This document shows positions 11,701-25,139 of a DNA stretch of 64,000 bases, in pieces. The translations under genes were made by a program, and so were the position numbers. The stretch lies in NCBI GenBank assembly GCA_037379345.1, contig CM074516.1, forward strand, positions 39,035,626 through 39,099,625, in the 5' to 3' direction. The notes beneath the pieces are model-generated. The model had not been told where the DNA came from and did not search any database. It was given only the letters and a program-made list of their open reading frames with translations. The first letter of the stretch is position 1; each line of letters opens with the position of its first letter. Origin of the DNA: Perna viridis (lineage: Eukaryota).

Positions 11701-14700
11701 CTCTTTTACTAAACTACTATTTTAGGGTATACCAACAGAAGTAGAGTTTGGCCTTACCGAGAACAGTTTATCCCAAAAGTCACATAGCAGTCATTACAGC
11801 AACCGAGACGTGCCGGACGACCTCTATGTTTGACCAGGGGTAGTCGCCGATCATGCTCCGAAGACCGTCACCAAATTTTTAAAAAAGCCGTGAGACCCCA
11901 AACATAACAAAAAATTGAAAGCTAAGTAGAGGATTCTATATATATACTCAACAGTTTTATCATCGTCGTCAATCACAGGTTTTGAAAATATCCAACCTGG
12001 TCCTGAAAATAGCCGTTCTAAAAGCTATCACTATCAACACAAAATTCCGACTAGTCATAGTACCTTCCAAATGCATGGGTCATCTTTAATCCTTCCCAAA
12101 ACTAAAAAAAATATTTCAAAGGCAACAATGGATCGGAGAAACTTATTCTAGGGCCGTTTCAAACAGACACAATGGGTAAAAATTGCATAATACGAATGCA
12201 TATATGAGAAAATGTCTTTTTGAACAATTTGAATTCATAGTTACAATTACCTTGAACCAAACCTTATAATTCTAAAACAAATTTTGTCGATTTCACGGTC
12301 CTCTTTACCAAGGACATGCGATGCAAGAAAACAAAAAAAATGTTTTATGAAATATTTATTTTCGATGTATTATCTTTTGAAGAATCCCCGAACTGTGTAA
12401 AAAATTGAGGAGCTTTAAAGTCTAGTCATGGTGGAAGATTTCAATATATCTATTCAGGATTGATAACTTATGGGGTATAGAATGGCCATTATCGTGGTAA
12501 ATCAAAAACCTAGTGAACACCTCTGAATCATCTTCTTATTGTTCTTCTTCGCCGGAATTTAGAGAAATTGTGCAACGTTGAAAGGTTTAAACAAAAACCT
12601 TTAACCTTAGTTTTGTTTAAAATTATTACATTTCCTTATTCAAATTGTTTCAAAAAATGGCTACACTTATTGTTTCGTATTTATGTTTAGGAAAGTGCAA
12701 ATAGTTTACTTACATGCATTGCACGCACGTGTCTTCCTTTAAACTTTTTTAGCAAAACACTCGGATTAAAAGGTGAACGTTCCCTAAGCCATCCGTGCAT
12801 TACAAACTGCATAAAAAGTAAATATCATGAAGCTAACTATATTATGTATAAAGTATTGACAAGGTCATTGGTCGATGGTGAACCCTGGCAGTGGGGATGG
12901 AAAAGTCATTTTCGAGATAATTTGGATTTGAAAAAAATAAACGATGAAGTACTAGGACAGTGACCTGTCAGTTTTGTGGGTGAAAAGTGAAAAATTTCAA
13001 TTCACGATTGAATAACTTAAGATTGAGTTTTAAATCTCCATTCCCGATTTAATATGTCGACAGCTGTTGAAGTCCGAAAAGTGTCATGATATAGCTAAAA
13101 TTCATCATTACCATTTTTACTTGAAAAATACTGCAGCATTCAGCGATATCATTTGGTGGCATATTTTGGTATGTAAAGCAGTGGGTGATTTGTCATAAAT
13201 AAATCAATAGACCCTCCAAAACCATGTGCATGGCATTCTCGTAAAGACATTTGGGTTAATCGAAAATAAGTCGATTGGCTTCTGGAACAATAAAATATCG
13301 ATGTCAAACATGTTCATTGTTTTCTAAGGCCTATAGAAATCTCGTTTTCCACACCGTGCTATAACGCGTGCCAGATCCAAAATTACAATTTACACGTGCT
13401 ATTGTATGACTCCTTAAGTGTGCATCACTGTCCGTCTCGATTCATATAAGTTAAATAATGCTTAAAAGAATGTGAAAATCGTGCCAAAAGTAATAATTTA
13501 TCGAACAGAGTATAGATAGCGCCTGCTGTTATGGTAGATTCTCGGAGCCATAATTAAAAAAAAACGTTCGCATTTGATCTTAACAAAGGCTTAAATTAGT
13601 AGCAAAATTACAATTTTAATTCTCGATACAAAATTTAGAAACCGGGTGTGATTTTGTTCGGAGCCGGATCGTAGTATGAGTGTAGACTAAGTGAAGGCAG
13701 ATCCTTATAGCTACAGCTTCCTCTCCCGTTTATGTTGATATGTGCGTGCCTTGAATAAAATATTTTCTCTTGGTGCATTGAATAGGGATAGGACATTGAA
13801 CTATATAGATATCATTACTGCTGTTGTTGACAGTGTTAAGTGTCATGTATCTACTAAAAACTTGGACCCTGAACATCACCTGCCATAATAATATATCCTC
13901 CATACATCAGATAATGACCCCTACAGTTTTATCTACATTCTTTTGTTTCTTGTGTGAAGGAGGCTATCATATTTCTTTCTGAGCACGTGCGGTTAATATC
14001 TATTTTACCAAAATATTGGTTGCCATGACAATTAACGTGCTCATCTCCACCAAAGAAAAACTGTTCCAGCTGTTCTCTACTATTGTTTTTTTTAGTTCCA
14101 GAAAATTTTGTTTATTTTCTTATGAATTCAAGCACGCCAATTCATATGCATCAATTTGAAGAAACATTATAGACTTAAGCGTTAAGCGTTCTTTTTTTCA
14201 TATAAAAATTTTGCTGATGAAAAATTGTAACATCATTTGATTTTTGTAGATCCTGTACTTCAATATAGTGAAGTTGGGTTGACACTCGTGAAAAAATGAC
14301 AAGTGTCATTTATGAAATATCCTTATATAAAGAGTTTTCGACCAATTCAAGAGATTAATCATAATAACATTCATCGTAAGAATACAAAGAATGAAAAATT
14401 AAGATAAAAACTACCAATTAAACTATGATTTAAGATGTTTTAATAAAGGGAGATAACGCTTTCGATGGTGTTCCGGTGACTTCCATCTGGGGGTAAAGGT
14501 CGAACTTTTGTGCTTCTGTTTGGACAGATAAAAGAAGTCTCGTGGTCCCGACCGTTAAGCAAACAATTATTATCTGATTTTATGTACCTTTGATCCATCT
14601 TTGATATATTAAATCACTTTTTATCTGCTTATGCGAATGTCTAGTATTATTTAAGATAGATAAGCTAGGGCAAAGAAATCCACTTAAGAAGAGGGATGGA

Positions 14701-15490
14701 TTTGTTTTCTTTCCAAATAATTAATATTTACCTCGCCCGCTGGCTCGTCTGTTTCAGTCTAATGTCCATGTTAACCAGTTACGCCTTTTATCCGCCGGTC
14801 GTCTCTCCGTCATTGATGTTGATTTAATTTGGCTCGAGATACAACGGTTCGTTTGTGAATCATTATCTATATAATTTATTTGTGGTTTTCTTACGTGCTT
14901 TAACATTTTTTTTGTCGACTAAGGGAGATTTACATCTTCAAATCACTTAACCCCAGTCTAATATTGATACTTAACGTCCATTTCTAAGTAAAAGCCTTAA
15001 TATTTTATGGTCATTTGCCAAAGGATCAGTAGTTTAAACGAATAAATTAAACATAAAGTGACACCAGCCATGTTTATTGTAAGTTTTAAGATTAACTTAA
15101 AAAGATGAAAACTTTATACTATACCACCGAAATTATATACCACTCTAATGGCGTTCAATATTATCTTTAAGGTGTAATGACCCATGCCATTGGGCTGGGA
15201 GGGTCCACCATGCTTCCCTCTAAACCTTAACCAAAAGTCGCCAACTTCATTATGATCTTCATTTATTTATTTTACCTCCCATTAGTTGATTTTCTGTATC
15301 AGAGTATTTTGTATCCCGAATACCGAAGGAAGTAGATTTTTTACGTTTTTTTTCAACCTCTACGACGTCCTAGGACAAAATATTTCTACTCGGTAGCCCA
15401 ATATCGGACCAGCAGCCTGTTTTAAGGGCATACAGAAAGTTGCAATGGCAATTATTGTTTTGGGGTCAAATACAAACTGTACCACTACCC

Positions 15491-15794
15491 TACACAGACA
15501 AATGTGCCACATATGATAATCATATGGTACTCGATTCATATGATAATCATATGGTAATCATTTGACAATCATATGTTATTGAACATATGATAGTCATATG
15601 ATTATCATATGATTCTCATATGGTAATTTTGGCTTAAAAACATATGACAATCATATGTTTGTCAAAAACATATGATTATTATGCCATAATCTTATGTATA
15701 CCGAAACATATGATTATCATATGGTGCTCGATTTACATGATAATCATATGATGTAAATCATATGATTCTCATGTGTGGCACATTTGCCTGTGTA
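15491..15794. mobile_element. Non-autonomous DNA transposon with ~20-bp TIRs and internal CATATG subrepeats (EnSpm/CACTA-like ends)
   Basis: TA|CACAGACAAATGTGCCACA...TGTGGCACATTTGCCTGTG|TA with many CATATGAT repeats inside. Related relic at ~54070-54255. Confidence 0.75.
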
Positions 15795-18729
15795 CCGAAA
15801 AAAATCGGTATAATTGGCATATATTTCGTTGAAACTAACCATGAGGCTTTTAACGTCCTCGACTACCTTGTCGGATCTCGCACGGACAGCCCTGGAACAA
15901 GTCCAGTTTGGAGCTTTAACATTTTGCAGAACTTGGTGGATCAAATGTGTCAGAATTGGAAGGAAATTGTTTTGTTTCTGGTGATAGTAAATGTTGGATT
16001 TACAACCACTATTTTCACTTTTAATGTCATAACCGCTCGACCATTTATGCTTCAGTAAAATGAATTATTGATGTTTTTTGATACTAGAGTATATTCTCAA
16101 GTTCTCTTCTCAATCGCTGAATGATTTTTTTACGAAACGGTGGTTTTAAGGTAATATCTCTCCCTGCTATTCACATATTTTGTATCCATAGTTTCCCAAG
16201 CTGCTCGGTTAAATTGAAGACATTTTAAGATTTATCATAAAGTAATGCTCTTGTGCTCCTGTCTTTTGAATATTTGGCCTGAATGAGTTAGGCTTTCAAC
16301 CATTGTAACATGAACCCTACCTTAAACTCAGATGCATATTGTAAAGGGTATCCACTTTATCTACAACTCTAGAATTATATTCATGTCCATCTATAAGCTT
16401 TCTTTTTAATGAATTATAAAAAGTCAATTAAAACATCATCAGATAACTTCCGATTATTTTTGTCAGTTCTTATTTTGTTTTGTATTGTAATGTTTTGCTT
16501 TCGTCTATTTTGGTTGTTTTTCATATTTTGGGTTTTTTTTTCCAAACGATAAAGAAACACATTTGAAGTCAGTAAAAAATTACTTAGAAAACAAATCAAA
16601 GAGAGACGCGTGTCCTGGAGCAAATGGTCGGTAATTTGCCAGAAATTGTGGAGAAAATGGTGATCTTGATGAACAGATGCCGTCTCAGCATGTTATAATT
16701 GCGTAAATTAAAAGGTGAACGATAATGGCTCAGATAGATCTTAAGAGTCCGTTACCATCACCTCTTCAGCACTCCTGTTTTTCTCGTCAATTTTGATTGA
16801 ACCGGAAATCAACTCATTGCCGTGTGTCAAATACTATAATTTTACCTTTATAATTTATTGTTGCCTCATCGCAAGCTATAATGTTTTGTTGATCTTTTGG
16901 GGTATGGTCGATCTTGAAAAAATTACTATATGAATTCTAGCGAAACCAAACATGCAATGAAAGTACAAATTAAGTTCACTTTACTTGTCAACTGATTTTT
17001 ATCACCTTTACAAGAAATTAGTTCACGTTCAATTTTACGAATGTTGGGAATGTAAAAAAGAAGAATATAGAAACAGTGAACGATTACGAGAAATAAGTCG
17101 ATGCAAATTATCCATTATAAAACATACAATGTACCTCTTTCTTTTTTTTCGTCTCCTATGATTATTCGTTAATATTTATTCTTTTAAATTTTTTGTCGTA
17201 TATGTTGGCTAGTCTTTATGAGGTTTTTTTTCAAGAAACCAGCGTCAATTTAATCTGATTCATAGTTCAGTAACGTTTGACATCTCTAAACATTTACATA
17301 TCAAGTCTAAACATGTTTGTATACATTTATTCGTGTTTAAACATGAAACTTAGTATTTAAATATTGACTACAAACAAAGAACACAAACAATTAGCATTCT
17401 TCGTACATTCTTTTAAATTATTGTCATTTTATCTAAAGTCATCAGGCGTCATCAAATTTAATATCAATATACATAGTCGTGAGAATACCAGCTTTTTGAG
17501 AAAAAAACGGTTCCGTGAGAACATAATATGAAACAAATTGTTGTCCTGAATTCTGGAGAAAAATGACAAACTACAATACTGGATGGCACAATGCACCACA
17601 AAGTTTCAATTATGACCTTTTTGAGCCTTTAAATTAATTGTGTAATTTGATTCAGTTATTAAAAAAGGATATCTTCAGATTTGTGATTTTCGTAACCTCT
17701 TTTTATTAACCCCAGCCTGTTGTTGTGCATACGTAGATTTCTCATTTCTTTGTAGAAAAGTCGTTATACTGTTGCCATTGAAAAACAAAGAAAAAGATAG
17801 CAATCATGTTTCTGTAGAAGTAAAAAATGGGGCACATCTGGTAAAAGTTGTCCTGAAACACTGCATTAACAACAGACAATGCCAGCAGTAGTTAGCGTGT
17901 TATCAAAACCAGAAATGAATATGAACATTGTAATAGCAATGCATACCTTTTGCTGTTTTCTTTGATTGAGAACACATGTGGTTAATTGAATGTTTTCTTC
18001 TCTGATCAAGGAAATGCAACGCGCTGCTTCGACTTATCTATCGCGTGCCCTACTCGTGCAGTTGGCAAATTTATTTATCACCGTCTTTTTTCTATGGTCA
18101 AATTTCAAAGAAATGTGAATTGACAGGCCCAGCCAGAGTGCAGATCAAAGCTGACCGACTCCGGTTTGACAAAAAAAATGCAGATTGATTCTATCGAAAT
18201 TTCTTTCCTCCTTAGGGGTCAATCAAAGAGAGTACAGAGAATCATAAATTTCTTCAGACGATTTTTTTTTTTTGTATATTAATTTTTTAAATAAAAATCT
18301 CGAGCACTGGACTATATCGAAGGTTATAAACGTTTCTATGCATATGAACAACTTGACTTCATTAGAAACATCATTTGAAGAAACCAGCAATGACAAAAAC
18401 AAAAAATAGTAAAATGACATTCATTAATGCGTTTTGTTTTGTTTTGTTTTTTTTTTTCGTAAGCTGGAAAGGATAACTTGGTGTGTTTGCAACTACAGAA
18501 TCCAGCAGGAAAAGTTGTGTATACAAATTGCAACAAAAATGCAGATAATGAGAATAATGATAAAAATATTGCAAATTTACATTGTAAAAAGAAAATTACC
18601 AAAGTTTTACACTTAACAAACTATTTAAACCATCGACAATACGATGATGTTCCCTCTATTGACTAGAGCCTCGACTTCGGGGTACATTCGGGAAATATTT
18701 ATATAGTACTGGACAACTACTGTCGTTAT

Positions 18730-18915
18730 CACTCTACACGTAGACGTACTCCCAAACAGGTAGAGTGGGGAAACGCTCTCGGACCCACGTGGGGTCTGGG
18801 AGTAGGCCAGAGCGTCAACACAGCAGCCCAGGCGCTAGTAGGACATACTCTACTACTAACTGACATTACTAACAGAATCCCCGTAAGGGGCAGTCGTGCG
18901 AGATCCGTTAGGATA
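18730..18915 (+). ncRNA. Unclassified structured repeat motif (candidate RNA pseudoknot), longer copy
   Basis: Stems CACTCTAC/GTAGAGTG, ACGCTCT/AGAGCGT, GACCC/GGGTC and CCCC-GTAA-GGGG; loop-loop complementarity TACTCCCA/TGGGAGTA. Transcription is not shown by the sequence. Confidence 0.35.
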
Positions 18916-19099
18916 GTCAAGACCGTAAAAACCCCAAATCATCATCACTGTCGTTATGCTATACCAAGGTGAGTTGGTGTGTAACTTTGCGATATCAGTA
19001 TAGTACATAACGAATGTACACTGCATGTAAAAGGGATACAACCGACGAAGTTGAAAATAAATTGCAGCACGTCCTTGTATTTTACCGTACTACTCACGT

Positions 19100-19281
19100 T
19101 TTTTTTTCGACGCAGTCGGTACAGTTTCGCTTTTTACCCTTTGACCTTACAGACGCTATTCCATAGAAACGCAAGTCACCTGATCGCAATTATGTGTCCC
19201 GATTGGCCAAATACTGGTAACTTAGTTGCGTTCGAAAAAAAACGAAAATTAAAATTGCGCGCCGCGTGTTATTTCCTGAAT
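19100..19281 (+). repeat. Dispersed ~180-bp repeat; inverted copy at ~60687-60880
   Basis: CGACGCAGTCGGTACAGTTTC...TTTTACCCTTTGACCTT...GCAAGTCACCTGA...TTTCCTGAATGAAATGTAGA matches the reverse complement at 60.7-60.9 kb. Confidence 0.75.
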
Positions 19282-21187
19282 GAAATGTAGACAATTATAA
19301 GTAAAAAGAACAAATTTTACTGCGTCGACTATCTTTATTTTGAAGATAGTACTTGTTTTAATTTCCCTTAAGTAATGCCGGTCTTTAAATAATATTCTAC
19401 AAAAGATCAATATCAACGTTTTCCCTGATTCTGTCTGCTCCAATTTAAACGTTTACGTAGCTGGTTCAACTACAATGCACCTTTCTGTATCAAACTATGG
19501 CCGGGTTCATTATGCAACAGCATGAAAGTGATTAACATTCTGATTAAAGGCTTGACAAACCAATTACATGTACTTGTATTTTGGTACATGAACATTAAAC
19601 GTCAACCATTAAAGTGTTGTTTTTCTTTTTTGGTTTTTTTTTTTTCAATTTACAGGGCATTTACAAGTGGGTTTTTAAAGACACTTGGTGCATTATTGCA
19701 TATTAAATTGCAAACATTATGCACATAATGTATGTTTATTTGTATGTGCGCTGAGGTATTGAACATTCACGCATGATATCTAAGCATGATTTAGGATGTT
19801 TTAAGGGACTGGGGCTTTTAATTAGGTCTTGTTACAAATATAATGAAATTTAGGCAGTGGAAGAATACTTAGGTGTACAGTATAGTATAACATTCGCTTT
19901 CGGGGATGTCGTTCTAGGAACTATCTCTGTACCGCATGTTACCGAAATGGGACCCATACAACTCATGCGATCAAGAGGCCCCGGTTTTATTTACTGTTAC
20001 CTTCAGATCTGAACTCGGGCCCAATATTACTCATGCGAAAATAACCTAAATAGATATACGGTTCTTGTATCAGTGTTGTAAGATTGAGTCAGTCAGTCGG
20101 TCAACTTGTTCCTTCAAAAAGATGTTCTAGCCCGAGGGTATCCGATCATCACTATTGATCAGTTATTCGAACACCTCAAGAGTGATCAATCATTTATCAC
20201 TTAAAAGTGAAGTTGATGTAAAAGATCACTTGTACATTGCTCAGCGTTACAAGGTCTCTTGTAACAACACGTCGTATTAGGTATAAACTTAAACGTACCT
20301 ACCGCAAGAAAGTTTTAGATAACAGGGCTCAAGAACCGTAGAAAACTGACGATTTGACAGCGGAGGAGGCAGACGTCTAATGCCTTACGACTCGATAGGG
20401 TGGCTGAAAACAAGATCACAGACTGACTACGAGACCGGGAATGAAGGCGCGTCTCCAATAAGTGCTAAACTTAATACACACTGTAAAAGTTATACTAGTT
20501 TGCGATAACCTAATGGTCTTGGGGATTATGACAAAATAGTGCGCTTAACATTTTTGGTATTAAAGTACTTTTATTTCTGCTGCGTGCAAATCAAGTTCGC
20601 GATGTGTGATATTACAACAACAAAAATAACTATCATTGGTTGTAAATACGAAGGCTAGTAAAATATATATAGAAAGTAGTTTGTTATGATTAAACGTAAT
20701 GTATTGTAGTAGAATTGAAGACCTAAGCAAAATGAGGTGCGTATGACTCATGTGTGATGTTTACAAGCAGATTATATAATCCTTCAATGTCAAGGACACG
20801 TTGTATTTTATTCTGTAGTAGTAGTATTTTGCAGTCAACCATATTTGATGTTTACGACTCAGGTGCGTATCTTGAGATTGAGTTCCAGGTTCTTCTTTGT
20901 CCGAATTTAGCACGAAACAAACATAAACAAAGGAGTCCAACCCCGACTTCTGCTAGACCGACCGATTCTGAAGTAATACCACAAATTTATGCATACTTAT
21001 CAACAACTGTCTGCGCGACTGAATGATGTACAATATAGTCTCGAGTAAGCATTTCTAATTGACTTTAATGTTCTTATTAATCAGGCTCTATTTCGGTTGG
21101 GAGGGGGGTGCTGCACGTGTTCTTTTTCCTATTACATATGTATGTTTTCATATTCTGTTGACAACCTTATTCTTTTGTAAAGAAATT

Positions 21188-21254
21188 GACAACCCATTGG
21201 GACTAGTTGACTGCAGTTGTTGACAACCCATTGGGACTAGTTGACTGTAGTTGT
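21188..21254. repeat. Tandem duplication of ~33 bp
   Basis: TGACAACCCATTGGGACTAGTTGACTGYAGTTGT twice. Confidence 0.85.
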
Positions 21255-21499
21255 TATATATACTGTGTGATGATCTCTTATTATCAATAGTCATTTTCAT
21301 TTTGGATTGAGATGTATTTCAGTAATTATACTAGTTTTTTTTTGGTTTTTTGTTTTGTTTTTGTTTTTTTTTTTTGTTGTTGTATTATTCTTTCCTTGGT
21401 ATTCTTTGATCATTTAAGGTTTGGACTCTTCTTATGCAATATTTGAAATAGTAAATGTAATGATGATAACAAAATTCGTGATATGAATTCTCTTTGTAT

Positions 21500-23240
21500 A
21501 ATATTTTTGATGTAAAATCTTAAAGGTGTAGAGACACTAAGATATATGTACCAACATGCAAGTTCCCAATACATTTTGTTGTTTCAGATAAATCCCTGGT
21601 ATAGACAAACAAAAAACAATACAAATTAAAGTTATCATTTTTACTTTCCTTTTTGTATCATTATACAACAAATAAATAACAACAAGATGTCTTTGACATC
21701 TCAAAAACAAAGTATGATGACTTCAGATAAACTAATTGTCATATCACTTGACATAATAATATACTAGTTACTTCCCTTAGAAGTGCTCAGCACTATGAAC
21801 AATTATGGCAAAGTAAGTTCCTGAATTTTTCTCATTTTTTACCCCAATTTTGCATGATTTTAACAAACCTTTCATAAAAGGACAGTTCAAACCCTAGAAC
21901 CCTTGAATCAGCCTCCATATTGCTATTTTTGTTCAGCATATACTAATTTGCTAAATGAAAAGAAAGGGTATTCAGTTTTTCAGTTTTACAAGAGCCAATG
22001 TACTAGTGCTTAATAATTTACTTAAAACGAAAAAATATCCATATGCTTATGCATATTTACCATTAGGATAACAAACATATCTTATAAAACTGGCATGCAA
22101 AATATTGAACATGCTTTTCTAAAAAAAAAAGATTTTAAAATCCATTTAAGCAAATTAATATTTTTATGTCTTTTCCAATGAAACTTCATATTGAAGTACA
22201 TCAAGTCAGATCTTAATCATATAATAAATATCTTCCCTGTAGATATTTTAAAACAAATTTCAAATATGTTTCTTATGAACAGATATATTTCCTCAACTCA
22301 AAATAATATGACAGTTAGTTCACTGAATACAGAAGATAAAAATGGTGGTAAATGAAAACATTTGATGTGACAATGCTGGAACACTACATTAGGATGGTTG
22401 GCCCTATAATATCTGCTTAGTACTGTTGTACAGTGTTGAATCTGGTTTACTTAATTTGTAATGGAAGACACTTGACAAATTTGTTTAATTTCATAACATT
22501 TGAAGCATTAATATTCAGTCAAATTAGAAAATAAAACTTGTCTGCAATTGATATATAGTGCTCCTTTCTAACAGTAGATGAGGACTTAAGAGATCATTAT
22601 ACACTTTGAAACACAAAAAGAAATGTAAACTTCACAAGTTCACTTTGGTCTTCTGATTTTTGTTTTGAACATACATAACAGCACACAAAACAAATATTGA
22701 ATATAAATCAAAAGGTTCCTGAACTTTAATATTGCTTCCAAAAAAATTCCATTTTTCTCATTCTGATTTTGTAGCCTAATTAGAATACAAGGAAGGACAC
22801 TAACAAAATAAATAAAATCGCAACACAAAAGGGAAAAAAACAACTACAGAAATATATTAAAACATATCTACATTTTTCGTTAAATAAAATCTGGTTTTTC
22901 ACCAGTTGGTCTTTGATAATAAATACTTAACCTTTCACAAACCATATTGTCTCTCATATAGTTATAGTTATATAATATTAATATAAATTAAGTGAGATCA
23001 TAGTTTTCACAGTTTTTAACAGTGTTTGTTAAAAAATTGCACATATTTTGGGTTTCAGTAAAACACAGACAGTGGCTTTGTCTCTGACTTGTATGTATCT
23101 TGGCAAGATTAAATCCTCCTCAACAAGAGCATCATTTTTGGCAAGCTGAGTTTACAATATCTTCTTCTCTATCTGTCTGGTTGTTATGGTAACCACATAA
23201 TCCATAATTCTCTTTACTGTCTGCATTTTTCTGATTAGCA
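21500..23240 (-). other. Probable non-coding terminal (3'UTR) exon of the CDK inhibitor; distal end uncertain
   Basis: Strong acceptor GTTTGTTTTTTTTTTTATAG| at 23241, downstream of the donor at 23596, followed by a long CpG-poor AT-rich tract. The 21500 boundary is approximate. Confidence 0.55.
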
Positions 23241-23624
23241 CTATAAAAAAAAAACAAACAATCAATACAATTTATAGAAAGAGGCTAAATCATTAAAATT
23301 ATTGCAGAACTAATGTTAGCTCCAATACAAGTATGAATCATTCACTTGATAGAAGAAAATAAAGTTTCTAGGAAAATGTAATGATCAATGATCAATAAAA
23401 ACAATTTCAATATGATCCACATATTTCTCACACAAAGAAACACTCTCAGGCTAATTCTAATCAAAAACCTGTGACAATGAACATTGATTTCACTTTAATA
23501 TATTGATTAGAACAACCAGACAGAAGACAAATGTGACTGATTTAGTTAATTCTTACAAAAATAATTTTATTCTATGCAATGACAATAGTACTTACCTATC
23601 ATATACTGAATAAATAATTATCTT

Positions 23625-23698
23625 TTATAATCTGGGGGCTTTGCTCCTTACTGTTGATGTCACCTCTGACCGACTTCTCTTTCGTTTTGGCATAAATG
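23625..23698 (-). CDS. CDKN1B: Cip/Kip CDK inhibitor, coding exon 2 (completes PIP box and basic NLS, stop codon)
   Basis: Acceptor CCTTTCCCGTTTCAG|, phase 1 matches exon 1. Reads (A)FMPKRKRSRSEVTSTVRSKAPRL*. The exon continues to an AG|GTAAGT donor at 23596. Total protein 173 aa. Confidence 0.88.
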
Positions 23699-24629
23699 CT
23701 GAAACGGGAAAGGCAATTGTCAGCAAATGTCAGTTTCGTGCTACCAAGTTAAAACACATTTTTCAATATCATCAACAATATATGATTTGTAAACTATGTG
23801 TACAACATGTAACTGTATATACAAGCAAAGTAGTTCAAAAATTAAAACAATGTAATAATTTCAGGACATCAATATCATAAACATCAATGACTATGCCATG
23901 AATATTGGGACATTTGTCAATAGAAATAAACAATATTGATTTAAAAGTGCCGTTCAACAGTTTATGACGGATTTATAATACTGCCAAGTCTATTACTCAA
24001 CCTCTGTTGATGTATCTCCATGGATGAATCAAAATAAAACAACGGCGCGAAAGTAAAAAATCAGTACAGTGCCAATTTCCTTTTGTTATGAATGGAACCG
24101 CGGGGAGGTACAAAAGTCTACTTGTTCGCCTATGAAGTGTTCAGAAATGGACAAGTTCTAACATGATACACTTGTGTACCAATCATATTTTACAAATCAA
24201 ATTTAAAAGCCATTTCCCGCAAATAAACACACAACAATGTATAAACACGTTGATCCCAACAATGGAAGTCATCCTAATTTCAGATACATTTACTCGATCT
24301 GAAATCAAGATGAAAATTTACACAGTTTTATAGTTCACCTATTTCATCGATCTGTCAGTACACAAAACTGTGTATTTCTATCAAATGGTTATTTTTATCT
24401 GACACGAAGCAATAAACATAAACGTGTCATGACCGACCATAAGAAAGCTGTTTTGAAAGCAATTTTCCCATCAAAATGTAACACACGTGTTACTAGCGAA
24501 CGATATAGTGTATATACTACTGGGGCGTAGTAGATGCGTAAATTTGAGATAAGTGGATGACCTAGCTTGTCGAATAAGTGTCAACAGCACTCCGCAGTAA
24601 ACAAGTCATGGCCTAGATAGAGTACTCAC

Positions 24630-25077
24630 CAGATATTTGCGTCTGTTTAATTTTTCTCTTTTCTGTTTTATTGCACACATTCACACTGCTCTGACTAGAA
24701 ACTGAACCAGTATTTTCCTCGGAAGACTTGTCCGAACTGTTACAAGTTTCACTCTCACATGATTTAAAGGAAAGAGAAGATAAATTTCCTGATGCACTCT
24801 TAACACTTGTGTCATTCACATTTCTTTTCACTTTAACGGGATATCCACGTGTGTAGAAATTAGGAATATATTCTTTCTCTGTGTCCACTATTTCCCATTT
24901 GAACTGACCATCTACATGATCCAAGGGTGAATCCTCGTCAAAATTGTAATTCCATTTGTTCTTCGAATCACTGTTGTTAGGAGCTAACGCTATGTCTAAG
25001 TCCTTTCTAAGAGCATCGTGGTCAACGGGTCCAAACAGACATCGACGGACTTTTGAATCGGCTGCAAGTGTTTGCAT
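24630..25077 (-). CDS. CDKN1B: Cip/Kip cyclin-dependent kinase inhibitor (p21/p27/Dacapo-like), coding exon 1
   Basis: MQTLAADSKVRRCLFGPVDHDAL...KWNYNFDEDSPL...GQFKWEIV...IPNFY contains the Cy motif (RxLFG) and the CDI domain. The exon ends at a G|GTGAGT donor (phase 1) after QTQIS. The symbol is family-level; orthology to one vertebrate paralogue is not resolvable. Confidence 0.93.
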
Positions 25078-25139
25078 CTTGAAAATTTTGTTTTTATCCG
25101 TGTGTATTTGTAAATGACAATGTAGTAATTCTCCGCGAT

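Noticed and set aside
11740-13500. Possible DNA transposon relic
   Set aside because: Composition looks repeat-like, but I found no TIR pair, target-site duplication or coding remnant.
15744-16058. 98-aa and 66-aa ORFs
   Set aside because: They overlap the MITE end and have no recognisable domain or splice support.
24613-24629. ORF-track C-terminus (GEYSI*) of the CDK inhibitor
   Set aside because: This is read-through into the intron past the GTGAGT donor. The spliced form completes the PIP box and NLS.
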